Shown piece after piece: positions 46,367-57,122 of a DNA stretch of 64,000 nt (its first letter is position 1; each line of letters begins with the position of its first letter). Under the pieces are notes generated by a model that saw nothing but the letters and a program-made list of their open reading frames with translations, was not told the origin of the DNA and did not search any database. The stretch is from NCBI GenBank assembly GCA_044347005.1, contig JBIIYD010000001.1, positions 6,158 through 70,157 of the forward strand, read 5' to 3'. The translations under genes and the position numbers were made by a program. Source of the stretch: Flavobacteriales bacterium (GTDB lineage Bacteria; Bacteroidota; Bacteroidia; Flavobacteriales_F; PHOS-HE28).

Positions 46367-48672
46367 AGGTGGCCCTGGTGGCGTTGGGGGCATTGGGCTT
46401 CCTGGCGCTGTTCCACCCTGCCTTGATACAGGCCCCCGGTGCTACGCTCTTCCGGGGCAGTGGCGATGGGCTGAAGAACTACTTCGTCTTCGGCTACCAC
46501 CTGAAGCACGACAGCAGCTACATGCAGTTCGAGGGGATGAACCACCCCTTCGGCGAACAGATCGGCTATCCGGATGCGCAGCCTGCTCTGGTGAACGCGG
46601 CAAAGCTGGCTTCCGGCCTGTTCCCCGCGTTGCGCAATGAAAGCGTGGCCATTATCAACCTCGCTGTTCTCGTGGGCTGGTTGCTCACGGCGGTTTCCAT
46701 CTACCTGTTGCTCCTGTATTTCGGGGTCTATTGGGCCTATGCGGCGATCGGCGGGATCGCGCTCATGGCTCTTTCGCCCCAAGCGCTACGCATGGTGGCG
46801 GGCCATCACGGCCTGACCTATGGTTGGGCCATCGTGTTGCCGGTGTTGAGCTACCTGCGGGTGCGCACCGGACAATGGCCATGGCGTGCCGCTATTGGTG
46901 GTGCGGTACTGTTGCTGCTGGGCATCCAGCTGCACCAATACACGGGCATGATCGCACTGGCCCTGCTGGGGGTGCTCTTCCTGTTGGACCGCCCTGTGCA
47001 TACCCTGCTCGGCGAGCCGCAGCGGGCAAAGGCACTGCTGCTGCTCTTGTGCGCCCCGGTGTTCGCCTACCTCTTGATACAGGGCCTTAGCGATCACCAC
47101 ACCGGCCGCACGGACAAGCCGCTGGGCTTCTTCGATTACCGCACGGACCGTCATGGCATACTTGCCCCCTATGCCCATTATGGCGACCCCCTGGCCCAGC
47201 GCATAGTTCCCCTTGACGGACCTGCGGACCTTGAGGCGTCCACCTACCTGGGCCTGGCGGTTCTGCTTGCCGCGGCCGTGTTGTTCATGGTGGCCTCGAT
47301 CCTGCTGCTGCGTCCCACCCTACTGCGCGAGCACGGTACGGGTTGGCCCCGCAGGCTCACGCTGCTGGTGCTGGCAGCTATGGTACTGCTGGCTTTCGCC
47401 GTGGGCGTGCCCTTCTCCTCCGCAAGAGGCTGGCTGCCATGGTCGGTGCCCTTCATCGGCCAATTCCGCTCACCGGGGCGGTTCGGTTGGGCGGCCTACT
47501 ACATGTTCGGCATAGCCGCGATCTACAGTGCCTGGTGGCTGTGGCAGCAGGCCCGAGGAATGGCCCGCTGGCCCGCAGCGCTGTATGCCGCGCTGATCCC
47601 GGCGCTCTACCTCTATCAAGGGACTTACTTGCATACGGCCATTGCACAGGAGATCCATGGCGATCGCAATGTGCTCCATCCCGACCTGCTCACTGCGGAA
47701 GAGAAAGCGCTCATCGAGGCGGCGAGCCGGACACCGTACAGGGCCATGGTGGCGGTGCCCCACTTCCTGAACGGATCGGACGAGCTGTTGCTCCTGCCGG
47801 ACGAGCCCACCATGCGTTCCGCGCTCACCCTCGCCTACCACACGGGTATTCCGCTGATGTCATCCAACCTGGCCCGCACCAGCGTTACGGAAACCTTCCA
47901 ACAGCTGGGCGTCTTCAACGCACCGTGGTATCCACGGCCCATTGCTGCGCGCTTCGCGCCGGACGACCGGATCCTGTTGGTCCGGGGGGCCGAGCCAGGC
48001 AGCGCCTTCGAGGCAGCGCATTTCGCAAGGGCGGAGCCGCTGATCACCGCAGGGGGTGTGGAGCTGCGCAGCATCCGGGCATCGGAGCTCTTCCTGGACC
48101 GAAGGGCCGAACTGTTCGCCGAGTTGGAAAGCACGTACAGCGACACGACCCGCGATGGGGGGTGGCAAGTGCTGCCATCCGCAGCTCCCTTCCATTTCCA
48201 GGACCACGAGGACCGGCCTTCACCATTGGCGTATCGCGGAAAGGGCGCCTATCAGGGCGTGCACGGCGAGTTCAATGTGGTGGCCTCGGTACCGCCCGGC
48301 ACCCTGCAGGAGGGCGAGCACATCGCTTCGTTCTGGGTCCATAACAAGGGCCCCTTGCGGCTGCATACGTTGGTCTGCATTACGCAGCAGGCACTGGATG
48401 CGCCCCAGGACGAATGGATCAGTTGTGGCGATACCCGCTTTTCACGCGTGGTGAACGGCGATTGGTCGCTCTTCGAGTTGCGCTTCAGCGTGGACCGATC
48501 GCAGGACCATTTCGGCATCAAGTTGAAGGGCGCCGACCATTACCGCGATACCATCACCGTGGACGAGGTCTTGATCCGCCCGGCGGATGCGCTGGTGTTC
48601 CGCGTGTTGGAACGTGATGCGCAGGGGATCAGGGCTGTGCACTACAATGGGCACTACCTGCAGCGCCCGTGA
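46342..48672 (+). CDS. Polytopic membrane protein with C-terminal soluble domain (YfhO/GT-C-like)
   Basis: Start MGTRFHG overlaps the previous stop. N-terminal TM bundle plus ~350-aa C-terminal domain. Confidence 0.5.
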   Translation: MGTRFHGLKVALVALGALGFLALFHPALIQAPGATLFRGSGDGLKNYFVFGYHLKHDSSYMQFEGMNHPFGEQIGYPDAQPALVNAAKLASGLFPALRNESVAIINLAVLVGWLLTAVSIYLLLLYFGVYWAYAAIGGIALMALSPQALRMVAGHHGLTYGWAIVLPVLSYLRVRTGQWPWRAAIGGAVLLLLGIQLHQYTGMIALALLGVLFLLDRPVHTLLGEPQRAKALLLLLCAPVFAYLLIQGLSDHHTGRTDKPLGFFDYRTDRHGILAPYAHYGDPLAQRIVPLDGPADLEASTYLGLAVLLAAAVLFMVASILLLRPTLLREHGTGWPRRLTLLVLAAMVLLAFAVGVPFSSARGWLPWSVPFIGQFRSPGRFGWAAYYMFGIAAIYSAWWLWQQARGMARWPAALYAALIPALYLYQGTYLHTAIAQEIHGDRNVLHPDLLTAEEKALIEAASRTPYRAMVAVPHFLNGSDELLLLPDEPTMRSALTLAYHTGIPLMSSNLARTSVTETFQQLGVFNAPWYPRPIAARFAPDDRILLVRGAEPGSAFEAAHFARAEPLITAGGVELRSIRASELFLDRRAELFAELESTYSDTTRDGGWQVLPSAAPFHFQDHEDRPSPLAYRGKGAYQGVHGEFNVVASVPPGTLQEGEHIASFWVHNKGPLRLHTLVCITQQALDAPQDEWISCGDTRFSRVVNGDWSLFELRFSVDRSQDHFGIKLKGADHYRDTITVDEVLIRPADALVFRVLERDAQGIRAVHYNGHYLQRP

Positions 48673-48675
48673 CCA

Positions 48676-49386
48676 TCAAAGGCCGTATTTCACAATGCAC
48701 CAGATCGCGCGGAAACCGTCCTTCCAGCCGATCTTCTTGCCTTCGGCATAGGTACGTCCGTAGTAGCTGATGCCTACTTCGTAGATCCGGATGTCCTTGA
48801 TGCGCGCGAGTTTCGCAGTGACCTCGGGCTCGAAGCCGAAACGCTTCTCCTGCAGCTTCAGGCCTTTTGCGATATCGCTTCGGATCAGCTTGTAGCAGGT
48901 CTCCATGTCCGTGAGGTTCAAGTTGTTGAACGCGTTGGACAGGAAGGTGAGGAAAGCGTTACCGATGCTATGCCAGAAGAAGAGGATGCGGTGCGGGTGG
49001 TGGCCCATGAACCGGGATCCGTAGACCACATCGGCGAAGCCCTCGACCACGGGCCGCAACAGGTCATTGTATTCCCGTGGATCGTATTCCAGGTCGGCGT
49101 CCTGCACCAGCAGGTAATCGCCTGTGGCCTCCTGTATACCGCGGTGGATAGCCGCGCCCTTGCCCATGTTCTTCGGCTGCTGATAGAACCGGATGCCCAT
49201 TTCAGGATGGGAGGCCATGTAGTGCTCCACAGCCTGCACGGTGCCATCCTTGGACCCGTCGTTCACGATCACCACCTCCTTCTTGATGCCGTGGTCCAGC
49301 ACCACGTTGCGCACCTTGTCCAGGATCAGGTGTATGGTCCGCTCCTCGTTGTAGGCGGGGATGATGATGGAAAGCGTTTGGACCAT
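48676..49386 (-). CDS. GT2 polyprenyl-phosphate sugar synthase (Dpm1/GtrB/ArnC-like)
   Basis: [11 protein letters not shown]...[11 protein letters not shown]...DADLEYDP (DxD). Confidence 0.8.
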   Translation of the reverse strand: MVQTLSIIIPAYNEERTIHLILDKVRNVVLDHGIKKEVVIVNDGSKDGTVQAVEHYMASHPEMGIRFYQQPKNMGKGAAIHRGIQEATGDYLLVQDADLEYDPREYNDLLRPVVEGFADVVYGSRFMGHHPHRILFFWHSIGNAFLTFLSNAFNNLNLTDMETCYKLIRSDIAKGLKLQEKRFGFEPEVTAKLARIKDIRIYEVGISYYGRTYAEGKKIGWKDGFRAIWCIVKYGL

Positions 49387-49466
49387 GCAACCGATGCGAC
49401 TAAAAGGAAGTGGGCGAAGATAGAGCGATGCGGTGGGTGCGGGATCACGCACTGCAATGCTTCCCA

Positions 49467-51539
49467 CTAGGGTATCGGCCCATTGCCTTCGCCCATCATC
49501 ACCCTTCTCACCTCCACCTTGAGCCCTTCGAAGGAGAACGGTTTCCCACTGCGGTTCCACAAGTAGAGCTTATTGCGCACTTCATAGGGGTGGCGCAACA
49601 GCATCCAACGGAACTCGAACGGGCCTTCGACCAAGCGCTTGCCCTCATTGCTGATCTGGCCGTTCGCATCGTTCTCGGCGAGGATCAACAAACTTTCATC
49701 CGTAGCCAGGGCGCCGTCCATGTGGAACACGCCCCGTACGATGACCTCCGTGCGCAAAACCTGCTTACCATAAGCTGGCAGCTCGTCCATTTCCAGCGGG
49801 TATTCGCCACTGCCGAAACACCATCGGGCGGCACCCGCTCCCTCGCATGGAATGGTATCGACCCGAGCCTTCACCGCAGGGTGCAGCGGACTTCCTGCTG
49901 CGAGCACCAAGTCGTTCTCCTCGGTCTCGGGTCCCTTGTACAGGTCGTAGATGCGGACCCATTTGTGGCGAGTGATGGGACGATCCAAGTAGGGCTTCAC
50001 CACGGGGTCCTCCAGCCAGCGGTCCTCGGCGAACATGAGGTAACGTGCCCCCCGAGCAATGAGCCGTTCGAAGGTGGCGGGGTCGCTCCAGTCATTGCCA
50101 TAGTTGGTATAGCCCTTCCGGCCCATGAGGTACAACGACCCATTGATGGTGATGTCGTCGAGGAAGATGACCAGTTCGTCGCGACCGATGCCCAACGAGT
50201 CCAGCACCGGCCCCATGTCCAGCGTGCTCCGGATGCCATAATAGTCGGTCGCGCTCCAGAAGGGCAGCTCGTGCTCGTGGTAAAGGGGCAGGATCTTCTT
50301 GGTATCCACCGGCTCGAAGACCGTGTACCGCATGGTCATGTTGGTGGCCGCATACGCCACATTGAAGACCAGGAGCGCGCTGAAGGCCACCTTTAGCCAG
50401 CGTGCATGGAACAGGTCCGGATGATCGCGTCGCAACCACCAGAGGTAGGTGGCCCACAGCACCAGCAGTGCGATCATCGGGTTGATGAAGTAGTAGTCGT
50501 GGCTGTCCAGCGAATGGAACCACAGCAGGGTGTACGCCACCACGCCCAATAGAAGCAAGGCATTGAGCAGGGCCACCGGCCAGGGGAGGCGCCTTGCGTT
50601 GACCAGCAAGGCCACGAAGGCCACGCCCAGAGCGACCCACACCGAGGTGTCGAAGATCTGGAACACGAGGATCCGCTTGGCGAAGGTCCATGCGCGCTCC
50701 ACCTCTTCCGCCGTCATTTCCCAGATCGGCCAGATGTTGTTGAAGGTGTAGCGCCCGTTGTGTTCATTGTTGTACGCTTCGGCGTGGACGTACCAGGCCA
50801 GCACGGCCAGCAATGCAACGGCGATGGAGGACCAGCCCAGGCGCGGCGGAGGGAGCAGATCGCGGTACGAGCCAAAAGCCTTGGGCACCACGGTGGCCAG
50901 GGCCAGCATGGCCATGATCGCCACGAGGCTGATGCCGGCGCTGACCTTGAGCAAGGTGGCCAGGGCGAAGAAGGCCATGGCCCACAGCCACCAACGCCGC
51001 TGGTGCTCCTGCCCATAACGCACCAGGAAGTACCAGCCGATCAACACCAGGTCGAATGCGGGAACGTCCGTCAGGAACCCCACGCTGTAGTAAACCAGGA
51101 CCGGCGAAGTGAACAACAGCAGGGCCGTACAAAGCGCCCAGAAATCACTTTGCAGCAAGCGGCGCAGGGTGTGGAAGAAGGCCCAGGTGGCCATGAAGTG
51201 CAGCAGGATGCCGAACAGACGGTAGGCGAATTCGCTCTGCCCGGTGATCTTCCACACCTGGCCCATGGCCCAGTAGATCAAGGGGAATTCGCCTGCACTG
51301 TTGCCGGAGGTGCCGTCATCGCCGATGCGCGCATGGATCTCAGGCTCGAAAAAGCCACGGTCGCCAGTGTGGTAGTTCTCGGTAATGGAGAGGCAATCCG
51401 CCTGGCGCCAGAGGTGGTAGGGATAGGGTCGGGTATTCAGGATGCGGCCGCCTTCGTAGACCGAGAACATCAGGACGAACCCCAGCACGAGCATCCAGCC
51501 CGGGCCGATCCGTTGATGGAACGCGCGCAAGGTCCGCAT
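49467..51539 (-). CDS. Polytopic membrane protein (GT-C-like; paralogue of 43176-45029)
   Basis: N-terminal loop [15 protein letters not shown]-terminus ...[15 protein letters not shown]. Confidence 0.55.
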   Translation of the reverse strand: MRTLRAFHQRIGPGWMLVLGFVLMFSVYEGGRILNTRPYPYHLWRQADCLSITENYHTGDRGFFEPEIHARIGDDGTSGNSAGEFPLIYWAMGQVWKITGQSEFAYRLFGILLHFMATWAFFHTLRRLLQSDFWALCTALLLFTSPVLVYYSVGFLTDVPAFDLVLIGWYFLVRYGQEHQRRWWLWAMAFFALATLLKVSAGISLVAIMAMLALATVVPKAFGSYRDLLPPPRLGWSSIAVALLAVLAWYVHAEAYNNEHNGRYTFNNIWPIWEMTAEEVERAWTFAKRILVFQIFDTSVWVALGVAFVALLVNARRLPWPVALLNALLLLGVVAYTLLWFHSLDSHDYYFINPMIALLVLWATYLWWLRRDHPDLFHARWLKVAFSALLVFNVAYAATNMTMRYTVFEPVDTKKILPLYHEHELPFWSATDYYGIRSTLDMGPVLDSLGIGRDELVIFLDDITINGSLYLMGRKGYTNYGNDWSDPATFERLIARGARYLMFAEDRWLEDPVVKPYLDRPITRHKWVRIYDLYKGPETEENDLVLAAGSPLHPAVKARVDTIPCEGAGAARWCFGSGEYPLEMDELPAYGKQVLRTEVIVRGVFHMDGALATDESLLILAENDANGQISNEGKRLVEGPFEFRWMLLRHPYEVRNKLYLWNRSGKPFSFEGLKVEVRRVMMGEGNGPIP

Positions 51540-51550
51540 GGTCGCGCAGC

Positions 51551-52207
51551 TCAGAAACTCATTTCGGGAACGACCCCTTCCACCACCAACCTCCCTTCGG
51601 TCTTCGAAACGATCTCTTCAACACTGACCCCCGGTGCGCGTTCCAGCAGCTTGAAGCCCTCGGGGGTGATGTCGAAAACGCCGAGGTCGGTCACCACTTT
51701 CTTCACGCAACCCACACCGGTAAGGGGCAGCGAACAGCGCTTCAGCAGCTTGCTCTCGCCCGCCTTGTTGGCGTGCATCATAACCACGATGATGTTGTCG
51801 GCACTGGCCACCAGGTCCATGGCACCACCCATGCCCTTCACCATTTTGCCCGGGATCTTCCAGTTCGCGATGTCGCCGTTATCGGCCACCTCCATGGCAC
51901 CGAGCACGGTGAGTTGCACATGCTGCCCGCGGATCATGGCGAAGCTGGTGGCACTGTCGAAAATGCTGCTGCCGGGCAACAACGTCACGGTCTGTTTGCC
52001 GGCATTGATCAGGTCGGCATCCTCCTCCCCTTCCCACGGAAAGGGACCCATGCCCAGTATGCCGTTCTCGCTCTGCAGCACCACGTTGATGCCTTCGGGG
52101 ATGTAGTTGGCAACCAGGGTCGGTATGCCGATGCCGAGGTTCACGTAGTAGCCGTCCTTCAACTCGCGCGCAATGCGCCTGGCCATCTGGTCCTTGTCGA
52201 GTGCCAT
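51551..52207 (-). CDS. scoB: 3-oxoacid CoA-transferase subunit B
   Basis: GIGIPT...SENG (catalytic Glu context). Full length. Confidence 0.9.
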   Translation of the reverse strand: MALDKDQMARRIARELKDGYYVNLGIGIPTLVANYIPEGINVVLQSENGILGMGPFPWEGEEDADLINAGKQTVTLLPGSSIFDSATSFAMIRGQHVQLTVLGAMEVADNGDIANWKIPGKMVKGMGGAMDLVASADNIIVVMMHANKAGESKLLKRCSLPLTGVGCVKKVVTDLGVFDITPEGFKLLERAPGVSVEEIVSKTEGRLVVEGVVPEMSF

Positions 52208-52210
52208 GAT

Positions 52211-53980
52211 CTATTCCTTCGCTTGGGTTTCCGGGGCGTTCCGTTGCAGGATGTGCAGGCGCGCCTTCTGCAAGGAAAGCGGCACCCGCGCTGGGTTCCA
52301 AATGTAGATCGCCACACGTTGCGCCTCCACCGGTATCGGCGGCAATACGTGGGTAATGCGCAAGGGCAGGCCCTGCCGCCCGCGTGGATACTGCCCGATC
52401 GACCGGGAACCGTAGTAGGCGTGTCCCATGTCCGCGTTGTTCACTTCCACGACCAGGAACGGACCTTCGGCAGGCCTTCGATCCAGCAGCAGCACCCCGC
52501 TGAGGTCGAACGAAAGCGCACGTCCCGTGAGTGTCGCGGTGGCCGGTAGCGGCAGTTCCCGGTATTCGGCATCGGAGGTGGCGAACGAAATGCTGGTATC
52601 CAGGACGGTCGTGGTGCTGTGCGCCGCATTGCGGACCATCAGGGTCAAGCCACCCGGACCTTCCAGCACGGTATGGAATCGTGTGGAAGCGTCATCGGCC
52701 TGCCACCGGGAAACCAGCAGCAGGTCCGCTTCTTCCAAGGCAATGTGGTCGGTCTGAAGGGTCGTCAGCGGCTCTTGGTCGAACAGGCGTCCGTATTCCC
52801 ACGAAGGCATTTGCCGCACTCCGCCTCCAACAACGAGGCCCCGCCCCGCCTGCTGTTGGCGAAGAAGCACCTCCGCTTCGAATTTCGGGGGTATGGCGCC
52901 ATCGCCCGAGGAACGGGTGGTACCCACATGGATCCCGAGCACCATGTGAAGCGCGGGAAGCAACAGCAACAGCGCCAGCCAACGGCGATGAGCGCCAGCA
53001 ACGATGGCCCGGTCCAACGCAAGGCCCCAGCCCAGCAGGAACAAGGGCAACCACGGAAGCGCGTCGTGGACCAGGTCAGTGGGTGCTTGGAAGGCGAAAT
53101 ACAACGAGGGCCACCCAACGAGCAATGCGAGCGTGGACAACAACACCGTGCGTGGCCCACCGCCGGAATACGGCCCCCCAACGAGCCCGAGCCATGCCAT
53201 GCAACCTAAGGACAGCACGAGCGACCATACAAGCCATTGTGCGTGTGTCGCAAAGACCAGGTCCATCCACGTTCGGAGCTTTTCGGCTACGTACCATTCG
53301 GCATCCGTGCCCTTCGCGTCGAAGCCCATGTGGAGCAACAGCCCGGAGAGGACCGCCACCAAGGCCCAGGTCCCCAGTCTTGTCCACCGATCGGCAGCAC
53401 CCGAACGAAGCACCACCACAAGCACCGCCAATTCGCCCACCAGCCACAAAGGCTGCATGGCCGTTGCGGAAAAAGCCACGGCCACGAAGGCGAGCGCGGC
53501 CCGGAGCACGTGACGCGAACCGGGTTCATGGGGTATGCGGCCCAGGTGCCAGAGCGCCATGAAGGTGAACGCCATGGCCAGTGACTGCCCGCCCGCCAGG
53601 GCGAACATTTCCACTGCAAAGGGCATGAGCAGGAGCGCGATCCACAGGCACCAGCGGAGCAGCACATCCTGCACGAGACCGCCCAAGCGGAAGGCATATC
53701 CGGCAAAGAGCACGAAGGCCAACAACGAGAGGACCCGCTGGGGGAACAGGGCCGGACCCACCAGCGCGGTGGAGACCATGGCCCACCAACCGGACAAAGG
53801 ATGGTCAATGGGCTGTACAGCGGGCTGTACCCAGGCGAAAAAGCGCAAGGCCTCCTCGTGGGTGATGGGTACCACGAATGCGCGCACCACCAGGTGAACG
53901 GCCATCAATGCTGCCAGCGCCGCGAAAAGCAGCGCCTGCATGCGTGTGGTCGGCTCCGTGGGCCTGAACGTGTCGGTCAT
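52211..53980 (-). CDS. Polytopic membrane protein (GT-C-like paralogue)
   Basis: Start taken at MTDTFRP, which overlaps the upstream stop by 4 nt. The long ORF extension upstream is likely spurious. Confidence 0.5.
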   Translation of the reverse strand: MTDTFRPTEPTTRMQALLFAALAALMAVHLVVRAFVVPITHEEALRFFAWVQPAVQPIDHPLSGWWAMVSTALVGPALFPQRVLSLLAFVLFAGYAFRLGGLVQDVLLRWCLWIALLLMPFAVEMFALAGGQSLAMAFTFMALWHLGRIPHEPGSRHVLRAALAFVAVAFSATAMQPLWLVGELAVLVVVLRSGAADRWTRLGTWALVAVLSGLLLHMGFDAKGTDAEWYVAEKLRTWMDLVFATHAQWLVWSLVLSLGCMAWLGLVGGPYSGGGPRTVLLSTLALLVGWPSLYFAFQAPTDLVHDALPWLPLFLLGWGLALDRAIVAGAHRRWLALLLLLPALHMVLGIHVGTTRSSGDGAIPPKFEAEVLLRQQQAGRGLVVGGGVRQMPSWEYGRLFDQEPLTTLQTDHIALEEADLLLVSRWQADDASTRFHTVLEGPGGLTLMVRNAAHSTTTVLDTSISFATSDAEYRELPLPATATLTGRALSFDLSGVLLLDRRPAEGPFLVVEVNNADMGHAYYGSRSIGQYPRGRQGLPLRITHVLPPIPVEAQRVAIYIWNPARVPLSLQKARLHILQRNAPETQAKE

Positions 53981-55806
53981 TCGTGGTCCGGGGTCAGGGT
54001 TTGTTTTCCGACACGCCCGTCGACCATGGCGATCGGTCGATGGTCGGGGTTCCAAAAGTAGAGGACGCGGGTGTCGGCATCGGGCACGGCAGGCATCCTC
54101 ACGAGCAAGCGCAGGCGCTCTCCGTTCCAGTGCGGTGAAATGCTCGCTATCCGGGTGGTGTGGTAGTGCAACAGTTCCTCGCCCAGCTTCTGCTCCACCA
54201 CCAGATGCAGATCGAGGAACGACGCACCCGAGGCCAGGGAACACTCCACGGTGAACAAGAAGTCGACGCTGCCATCCGACCCCTCCGAACGCCACAATTC
54301 CAGGAACTCGCGGTCGCTTTGGGCGAACGAGAACGTGGACCATTGCACGGGCCCGAGGACCAGCGGGGAAGCGCGTTCCAGCAGATGCAGGCCAGGACCG
54401 GGTGCAACGTCCACTTCGCGGTAGCCCACGAGCGCCTGCTCCAGAAAACGCTCGTCCACGATCCGGATGTCGGTAGGGGCGTTGGGAAAGCCTTGTGCAT
54501 CGGGTGGGTTCAGCACAACACCCTGCAGGCGTGCCGCGTAAGGCAGCGCCAAGGCGAGCTGGTGGTACGTGCCTATCGTAAGTGGTCGATCGACACCGGC
54601 CTGACGTTCACCGATCCACTGAACGAAGCGGGCGGGTACCGATTGTTCTGGCCATAGGACCGTATGGTCCAGGTTCGCCGTGATCACACTGCGAAAAGGC
54701 AGTACCAGCAGGATGGCCGCAGCCCAACGCCACCGTAGGTCGGTGCTGGCCAACGCATCCGCAGCGAATGCCAGGAGCAGGATGGCCAGAGGAAGCAAAT
54801 GGAGGGCGGCACGGTCCTCCGGGTAATTGACGCCAAGGACCAAGGCCATTCCGATGCGGCTGGCCACATCGGCCCAAAGCAGGAATGCGACCAACAACAA
54901 GGGCGTTCGCCATGTGCGGCCCACCAACAAGGCCATACTGGCCGCGATGACCGCCATGGCCGAAACGATGAGCAAGGCGGGGTGCAGGCCACCGAGCACG
55001 TACTTGGACAACGACGAAAGGGTCACCGCAACGAACCCGTCCAACGAGCCGTGGTACAGCAGCCCCCTACGCTTCATTTCCCACGAAAGCAGGATACCCA
55101 CGAGCAAGGGGAGCAAGCCCAACAGGACCCAAAGGATGAAGGAGCGAACAGGGAAGCGACCCGCGCTACGCCCGCGCCGTACGAGGTCGAAGGCCAGAAG
55201 CGCTACGACCATGGCCCACAGCGGCACCATGGAAAGCACGGCGAAGTCGGCCAGCGCGAGGCCGATCAGGATCCGTGCAAGATGCTTGTCCGATGGAAGA
55301 GCGCGATAGCGCAGCATACCATCCACCGCAAAGGCGAGAAAAGCCATGCCTAAACCATATCCACGGAACAGGGAAAAGAACTCGAGCAGGAAAGGACAAG
55401 CGAGCAAGGCCGACCACATGCACCAGCGCACGAGCCGGTCCTGCAACAGGAGGCCGACCCGGTACACCGACCATGCGTAAATGGGAAAGGCCAATACACT
55501 GCCCACCCTTGAACCAAAGAGCGAAAGCCCCCAGAACTTGTACCCCAGCACCCCGATGGCCGAACTCAGGAAGTGGTTGCCGGCGTCCCAGAGCGCCACG
55601 TAGGGTAGAAAAGTCCCTCGCTCAAGGAACCAATAGAGCGAAGTGCTTTCGTCATGCACCCAAGGGACAAGTGCTGCACGCAGAATGACGTAAGTCCATA
55701 TGACCGAGGCAATGGTTACGAACGCCTTTCGTTCACCGGAACTTCCAATGTGGAAATGAACGGATGTGGAGATGTGGGCTGCCGACACGCGATCTGCGAG
55801 GTTCAC
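53977..55806 (-). CDS. Polytopic membrane protein (GT-C-like paralogue); N-terminal ~20 codons overlap a repeat and may not be coding
   Basis: Hydrophobic multi-TM ORF. C-terminus ...VLYFWNPDHRP resembles the KLYLWN paralogues. Confidence 0.45.
   Translation of the reverse strand: MNLADRVSAAHISTSVHFHIGSSGERKAFVTIASVIWTYVILRAALVPWVHDESTSLYWFLERGTFLPYVALWDAGNHFLSSAIGVLGYKFWGLSLFGSRVGSVLAFPIYAWSVYRVGLLLQDRLVRWCMWSALLACPFLLEFFSLFRGYGLGMAFLAFAVDGMLRYRALPSDKHLARILIGLALADFAVLSMVPLWAMVVALLAFDLVRRGRSAGRFPVRSFILWVLLGLLPLLVGILLSWEMKRRGLLYHGSLDGFVAVTLSSLSKYVLGGLHPALLIVSAMAVIAASMALLVGRTWRTPLLLVAFLLWADVASRIGMALVLGVNYPEDRAALHLLPLAILLLAFAADALASTDLRWRWAAAILLVLPFRSVITANLDHTVLWPEQSVPARFVQWIGERQAGVDRPLTIGTYHQLALALPYAARLQGVVLNPPDAQGFPNAPTDIRIVDERFLEQALVGYREVDVAPGPGLHLLERASPLVLGPVQWSTFSFAQSDREFLELWRSEGSDGSVDFLFTVECSLASGASFLDLHLVVEQKLGEELLHYHTTRIASISPHWNGERLRLLVRMPAVPDADTRVLYFWNPDHRPIAMVDGRVGKQTLTPDHE
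55747..55778. repeat. Inverted copy of the CCACATCTCCACAT motif (left arm flanking the four-helix-bundle gene)
   Basis: aatgtggaaatgaacggatgtggagatgtggg is the reverse complement of cccacatctccacatccgttcatttccacatt. It matches sequence at 56286-56350. Confidence 0.7.
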
Positions 55807-56216
55807 TGGACCTTGTTCATACGCGCCTTGATGATGATGCTTGCAAGGATGTTCCGGATGCTCTGTAGGTCCTCCAGCATTCCTTCCTCATAAGGAAGCT
55901 CATCCGCGTACTTGCATAGTTTTAGCCAGAACCGTGTTTCGCTGGCTTCCTTGGCGGAGACCTTCATCTTGTGGATGAAGTCATCGCGACTCTCCGCATC
56001 CTGGGCCTCATGCACATTGGCTCCGATGGATGTGCCGCATTTGAAGAGTTGCCGCGAAGCATCATACCAGCCCGAATCACGCAAGCCTTTGCTGAAGCGG
56101 ACCACACGTAGTGCGAATTCAAAACTCTTGTCAACGATCAAATTGCCAGTGGTCCGGTCAAAACCATATTCCGCAGGTCCTTCTTGAAATTCCCAAGTAT
56201 CCTGGTTGTTGTCCAT
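55803..56216 (-). CDS. Four-helix-bundle protein (TIGR02436 / '23S rRNA intervening-sequence protein', Avd-like family)
   Basis: FEFALRVVRFSKGL...CGTSIGANVHEAQDAES...SAKEASETRFWL matches the family pattern. Confidence 0.75.
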   Translation of the reverse strand: MDNNQDTWEFQEGPAEYGFDRTTGNLIVDKSFEFALRVVRFSKGLRDSGWYDASRQLFKCGTSIGANVHEAQDAESRDDFIHKMKVSAKEASETRFWLKLCKYADELPYEEGMLEDLQSIRNILASIIIKARMNKVQ

Positions 56217-56285
56217 CGGTCATGGTGTTGGTTGCTCATGGAACAGGACCCTGACCCACCCCGCGATCACCACCCTCTCCGGGAT

Positions 56286-56368
56286 CCCACATTTTCACAT
56301 CTCCACATCCCCCCTCATTTCCACATCCACCTCACATCTCCACATCCTCTCATCTTCACATCTTCTTC
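56286..56368. repeat. Array of ~6-8 pyrimidine-rich CACATCYC repeats (right arm) between scoA and the four-helix-bundle gene
   Basis: cccacattttcacatctccacatcccccctcatttccacatccacctcacatctccacatcctctcatcttcacatcttc. Confidence 0.75.
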
Positions 56369-57054
56369 CGTACCGTACGCTGTTCAATGCGCTTCTCGTA
56401 CTGCTCGCCTTGGAAGATCCGTTGCACGAAGATCCCTGGGGTATGGATCTCGTTCGGGTGCAATTCACCGGGCTCCACCAACTCCTCGACCTCGGCTACC
56501 GTGATGGTACCGGCCATGGCCATCATGGGGTTGAAGTTTCGGGCCGTGTCCTTGAACACGAGGTTGCCGAAGCGGTCCCCTTTCCATGCCTTCACCAAAG
56601 CGAAGTCTGCACGGAGCCATTGTTCCATCACGTACATCTTGCCGTGGAACTCGCGGGTCTCCTTGCCTTCGGCCACTTCGGTGCCATAGCCCGCAGGGGT
56701 GAAGAAGGCGGGAATGCCCGCACCTCCTGCACGGCATCGCTCGGCCAAGGTGCCTTGCGGGATCAGCTCCACTTCCAGCTCGCCGCTCAGCATCTGGCGT
56801 TCGAACTCGGCGTTCTCGCCCACGTAACTGCTGATCATCTTGCGGATCTGCTTCGTCTGCAGCAGCAGGCCCAGGCCGAAATCGTCCACACCCGCGTTGT
56901 TGCTGATGCACGTAAGCCCTTTCACGCCTTTACGCACCAGTGCGGCGATGCTGTTCTCCGGGATGCCGCACAGTCCAAAGCCCCCGACCATCAGCGTCAT
57001 GTTGTCCTGTATCCCTTCGAGCGCCACCTCGGCGTTGGCCACCACCTTGTTCAT
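56356..57054 (-). CDS. scoA: 3-oxoacid CoA-transferase subunit A
   Basis: [33 protein letters not shown]. Full-length subunit A. Confidence 0.9.
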   Translation of the reverse strand: MNKVVANAEVALEGIQDNMTLMVGGFGLCGIPENSIAALVRKGVKGLTCISNNAGVDDFGLGLLLQTKQIRKMISSYVGENAEFERQMLSGELEVELIPQGTLAERCRAGGAGIPAFFTPAGYGTEVAEGKETREFHGKMYVMEQWLRADFALVKAWKGDRFGNLVFKDTARNFNPMMAMAGTITVAEVEELVEPGELHPNEIHTPGIFVQRIFQGEQYEKRIEQRTVRKKM

Positions 57055-57122
57055 TTCGATCGCGTTTTGAAGCGCGGCGAAGATAGGCGGCTGCAACAGG
57101 AGACCACAGGAGACGGCTGGGA

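Noticed and set aside
53977-54010. Apparent off-by-one between my manual base counting and the ORF-track coordinates around 53.9-54.0 kb
   Set aside because: This is a counting issue on my side, not a biological feature. ORF-track coordinates with amino-acid offsets were used throughout, and they give a consistent ATGA overlap at 53977-53980.
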